Shown: positions 61,691 through 64,000 of the stretch, in pieces
How positions within the stretch are numbered: position 1 is the first letter of the stretch
How the letters are laid out: every line of letters starts with the position of its first letter
NCBI GenBank assembly: GCA_002269645.1
Contig: NIVC01002359.1
Location: 1-64,000 of the forward strand
Reading direction: 5' to 3'
Origin: Macrostomum lignano
Taxonomy: Eukaryota
DNA: 64,000 bases
Program-made: the position numbers and the translations under genes
The notes under the pieces: model-generated
Told to the model about the DNA's origin: nothing
Seen by the model: only the letters and a program-made list of their open reading frames with translations
The model's database searches: none

Positions 61691-62147
61691 ATTTTAAGAT
61701 TTTCGAAGATATTCAGGGCTGAGATTTCCTAGGAGTGAGATTTCCAATCTACCCAATAGGCAAAGCATTTCCACTGCAAAGTCACTGCGTTATGCCATGG
61801 CTTTATTTTGTTTAAATTTAACTACCATAATTAAGAAGCACGGCGCTTAATACTTCCCTGCTAATTATTACGCCCTAATTATGCTCCCACACGCACAAGC
61901 GCTTAGCATGACTATAAATTGGCTGAATCATCAGCACTCTGAACTGCTTCTGCAGCTGTTTTAAGATCACTTTATTGCACTGTTGTTAGGCCTGCGAAAA
62001 TGTCTTCATTATATTACTGAATACAGTAGACTGTAAAGCGTATAAAATGGCATCAAGAACTGTTTTTTCATTGTTTCGGTTTCTGGCGTTTTTGATTATA
62101 AAAACACCTGTTGAATTTTGCGTTGGTTCGTTTTTTCCTAGCTTTCT

Positions 62148-62335
62148 AAAAGGTCGGGGGTTCGATTCTCGACTCGCCCGGAACAATTTGTGTCCTTGAC
62201 AAAACACTTAACTCTGCATTGCTTCAGTTCACCCAGCTGTAAAATGGGAGCCAGCATTAGCTGAGGTAATTGAGGCTGTGTGGCGACCCCTCCAGTCCTT
62301 GGACTGAACAGCCGTACGCAGCCTTCAGATGCGCC
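62148..62335 (+). mobile_element. SINE family A copy, 5'-truncated
   Basis: B box plus core and 3' region (CAGTCCTTGGACTGAACAGCCGTACGCAGCCTTCAG), near-identical to 10256-10527. Confidence 0.85.
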
Positions 62336-62957
62336 GCGCAATACAATAAGGCAAATGACAGTAAGTCGGTACACAATTTAGATACTATGCATACCAATAC
62401 ACTATTATTAATAATATGCATTTTTATATTTGAGTTGGTTACGATGAAGGGCAAACTGGGGGTGCAGGCTACACAGAAAGGAGCAGCTCACCTTGCTTGA
62501 AAATGGCTCAGAGAGCGGTGCATCTCAGCGGCCGCAGTCAGCTTTGCTGAGAAAAAATACTAAGGGCTACAGCAGCTCCAGTTTTGTGAGCAGGCAATGG
62601 TTGGGTGTTGAGACTTTTTAAGTATTTGGAAAAGCAATTGAGAATTGCTTCCAGCGCTGCTCGCAAAAGCATGTAAAAATTGACAGCAGTTTCATTTACG
62701 GACGCATGCGCTTGTCAAAGTGCTTTGTGTTCGATTGATTACGTAATATATTACCATCTTTAAGCGGAGTTTACAGTTCGTATGCAAGACACGGTAATTA
62801 GGGTAGACAAATAAGACATGTACATGTAACAATTGCATTTCACGTGTGAGTAGTTGATGCCGATTGACAAGTTACTGCAAATATCGATTGATCAGATCTA
62901 CGTTTAGTGGGTCCTTCACTAGCAGCATTTGCGGACAATCGTGTCTCAATTCCTCTT

Positions 62958-63050
62958 CCCGGGTCATTTGAGGTCAGTCAGTGATTTCCCCGGGTCATTT
63001 GAGGTCAGTCAGTGATTTCCCCGGGTCATTTGAGGTCAGTCACTGATTTC
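62958..63050. repeat. 3 x 31-bp direct repeat downstream of the Pitx stop
   Basis: CCCGGGTCATTTGAGGTCAGTCAGTGATTTC. Confidence 0.85.
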
Positions 63051-63157
63051 TTTCCCTCGTTTCCGCAACGCTGCCACACCAGCCGATCCGCCCCAGTAAT
63101 CGAGATCAAACAAGGTCAGAGAAAGGTCAGCGAAGGTCAGGAAGAGTTGCCAGCCAG

Positions 63158-63676
63158 TCACATGGCTCCGGGCGGAGCTCCTGTGTACTGGCTCAACGCC
63201 GATGCACTGGACGGCGGCGGCTGCCTCAGGCCGGCGGCGGCGGCGGCAGCCGGATAGGCGAAGGCGGCGGCGGCCGCGTGCTGCTTGGCGGCGGCCCGCA
63301 GTCGCAGGCTGTTGGCCAGCGGCGAGGAGTCGCCAGCAGCCCCGGCGGCGGACGACGGACCCGCCGCAGCAGCAGCAGCCGACGGTGGCTGCGAGTACAG
63401 CGGCGAATACGGCGACGGCCCGGCGTAGGGGCAGGCGGGCGCGGCAGCAGCGGCGGCGGGTCCGGCCGGGTGGCCAGCCGGCGTCCACGGGAAGCTCTTG
63501 GCCGTCGCCCAGCCGGTGGCTCCGTAGCCAGCCGCGGCGGCAGCGCCGTATGAGGAATAGAAGGAGTCCTCGAATGGCTGCATGAAGCTGCCGAACTGGC
63601 CGGTAAAGGTGCCCTTCAGCGCCTCCAGGTGGCGCTCGCGCTTGCGCCATTTGGCGCGGCGGTTTTTGAACCAGAC
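63158..63676 (-). CDS. PITX: Pitx homeobox gene, last coding exon (5' exons lie beyond the window)
   Basis: Acceptor ...TCTGCTCAG then VWFKNRRAKWRKRER (K50 homeodomain helix 3, conserved intron position), GQFGSFMQPFED, TAKSFP and an OAR-like LANSLRLRAAAKQH, all Pitx hallmarks. Confidence 0.93.
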   Translation of the reverse strand, partial: VWFKNRRAKWRKRERHLEALKGTFTGQFGSFMQPFEDSFYSSYGAAAAAGYGATGWATAKSFPWTPAGHPAGPAAAAAAPACPYAGPSPYSPLYSQPPSAAAAAAGPSSAAGAAGDSSPLANSLRLRAAAKQHAAAAAFAYPAAAAAAGLRQPPPSSASALSQYTGAPPGAM

Positions 63677-63719
63677 CTGAGCAGATGGGGCGGTTGCAGA
63701 ATCGGTCACTTCATTGCTT

Positions 63720-64000
63720 GCCTGTCACTATCTGCCTGACTCTCACTCTATCTGCCTGACTGTCACTCTATCTGCCTCTCTGTCACTCTATCTGCCTGTC
63801 TGTCACTCTATCTGCCTGACTGTCACTCTATTTGCCTGACTGTCACTATCTGCCTGACTCTCACTCTATCTGCCTGTCTGTCACTCTATCTGCCTGACTG
63901 TCACTCTATTTACCTGACTGTCACTCTATCTGCCTGTCTGTCACTCTATCTGCCTGACTGTCACTCTATCTGCCTCTCTGTCACTCTATCTGCCTGTCTG
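63720..64000. repeat. 20-bp minisatellite, Pitx intron (runs off the window)
   Basis: CTGTCACTCTATCTGCCTGA units. Confidence 0.9.

Overview
Animal genomic DNA, not prokaryotic: GT-AG introns, very GC/CpG-rich exons with poly-Q/A/G tracts, and introns full of micro- and minisatellites. This style resembles the free-living flatworm Macrostomum (inference only). I rebuilt spliced gene models by hand and checked phases. Minus-strand trio: NLE1 (Notchless, WD40), a JIP1/2-like SH3-PTB scaffold, and APPL (BAR-PH-PTB). The plus strand carries a 10-exon, 25 kb UBE2O gene. A 9 kb UBE2O intron holds, on the opposite strand, a neuropeptide precursor with 15 copies of FTPLRamide-type peptides. The last exon of Pitx lies at the right edge. 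Also present are an orphan 391 aa ORF with a SAMD3-like motif, a decayed mariner in a CpG-depleted AT-rich block, two tRNA-derived SINE families, MITE/hAT remnants and about 25 tandem repeats. The best leads are the nested FTPLRamide prohormone, a captured G-protein beta exon fragment inside a (GACA)n tract, a JIP N-terminal extension that may take its Met from a spliced-leader AUG, and several repeats built on splice or transcription-factor motifs. Protein family comparisons are from memory of the families, not from database searches.
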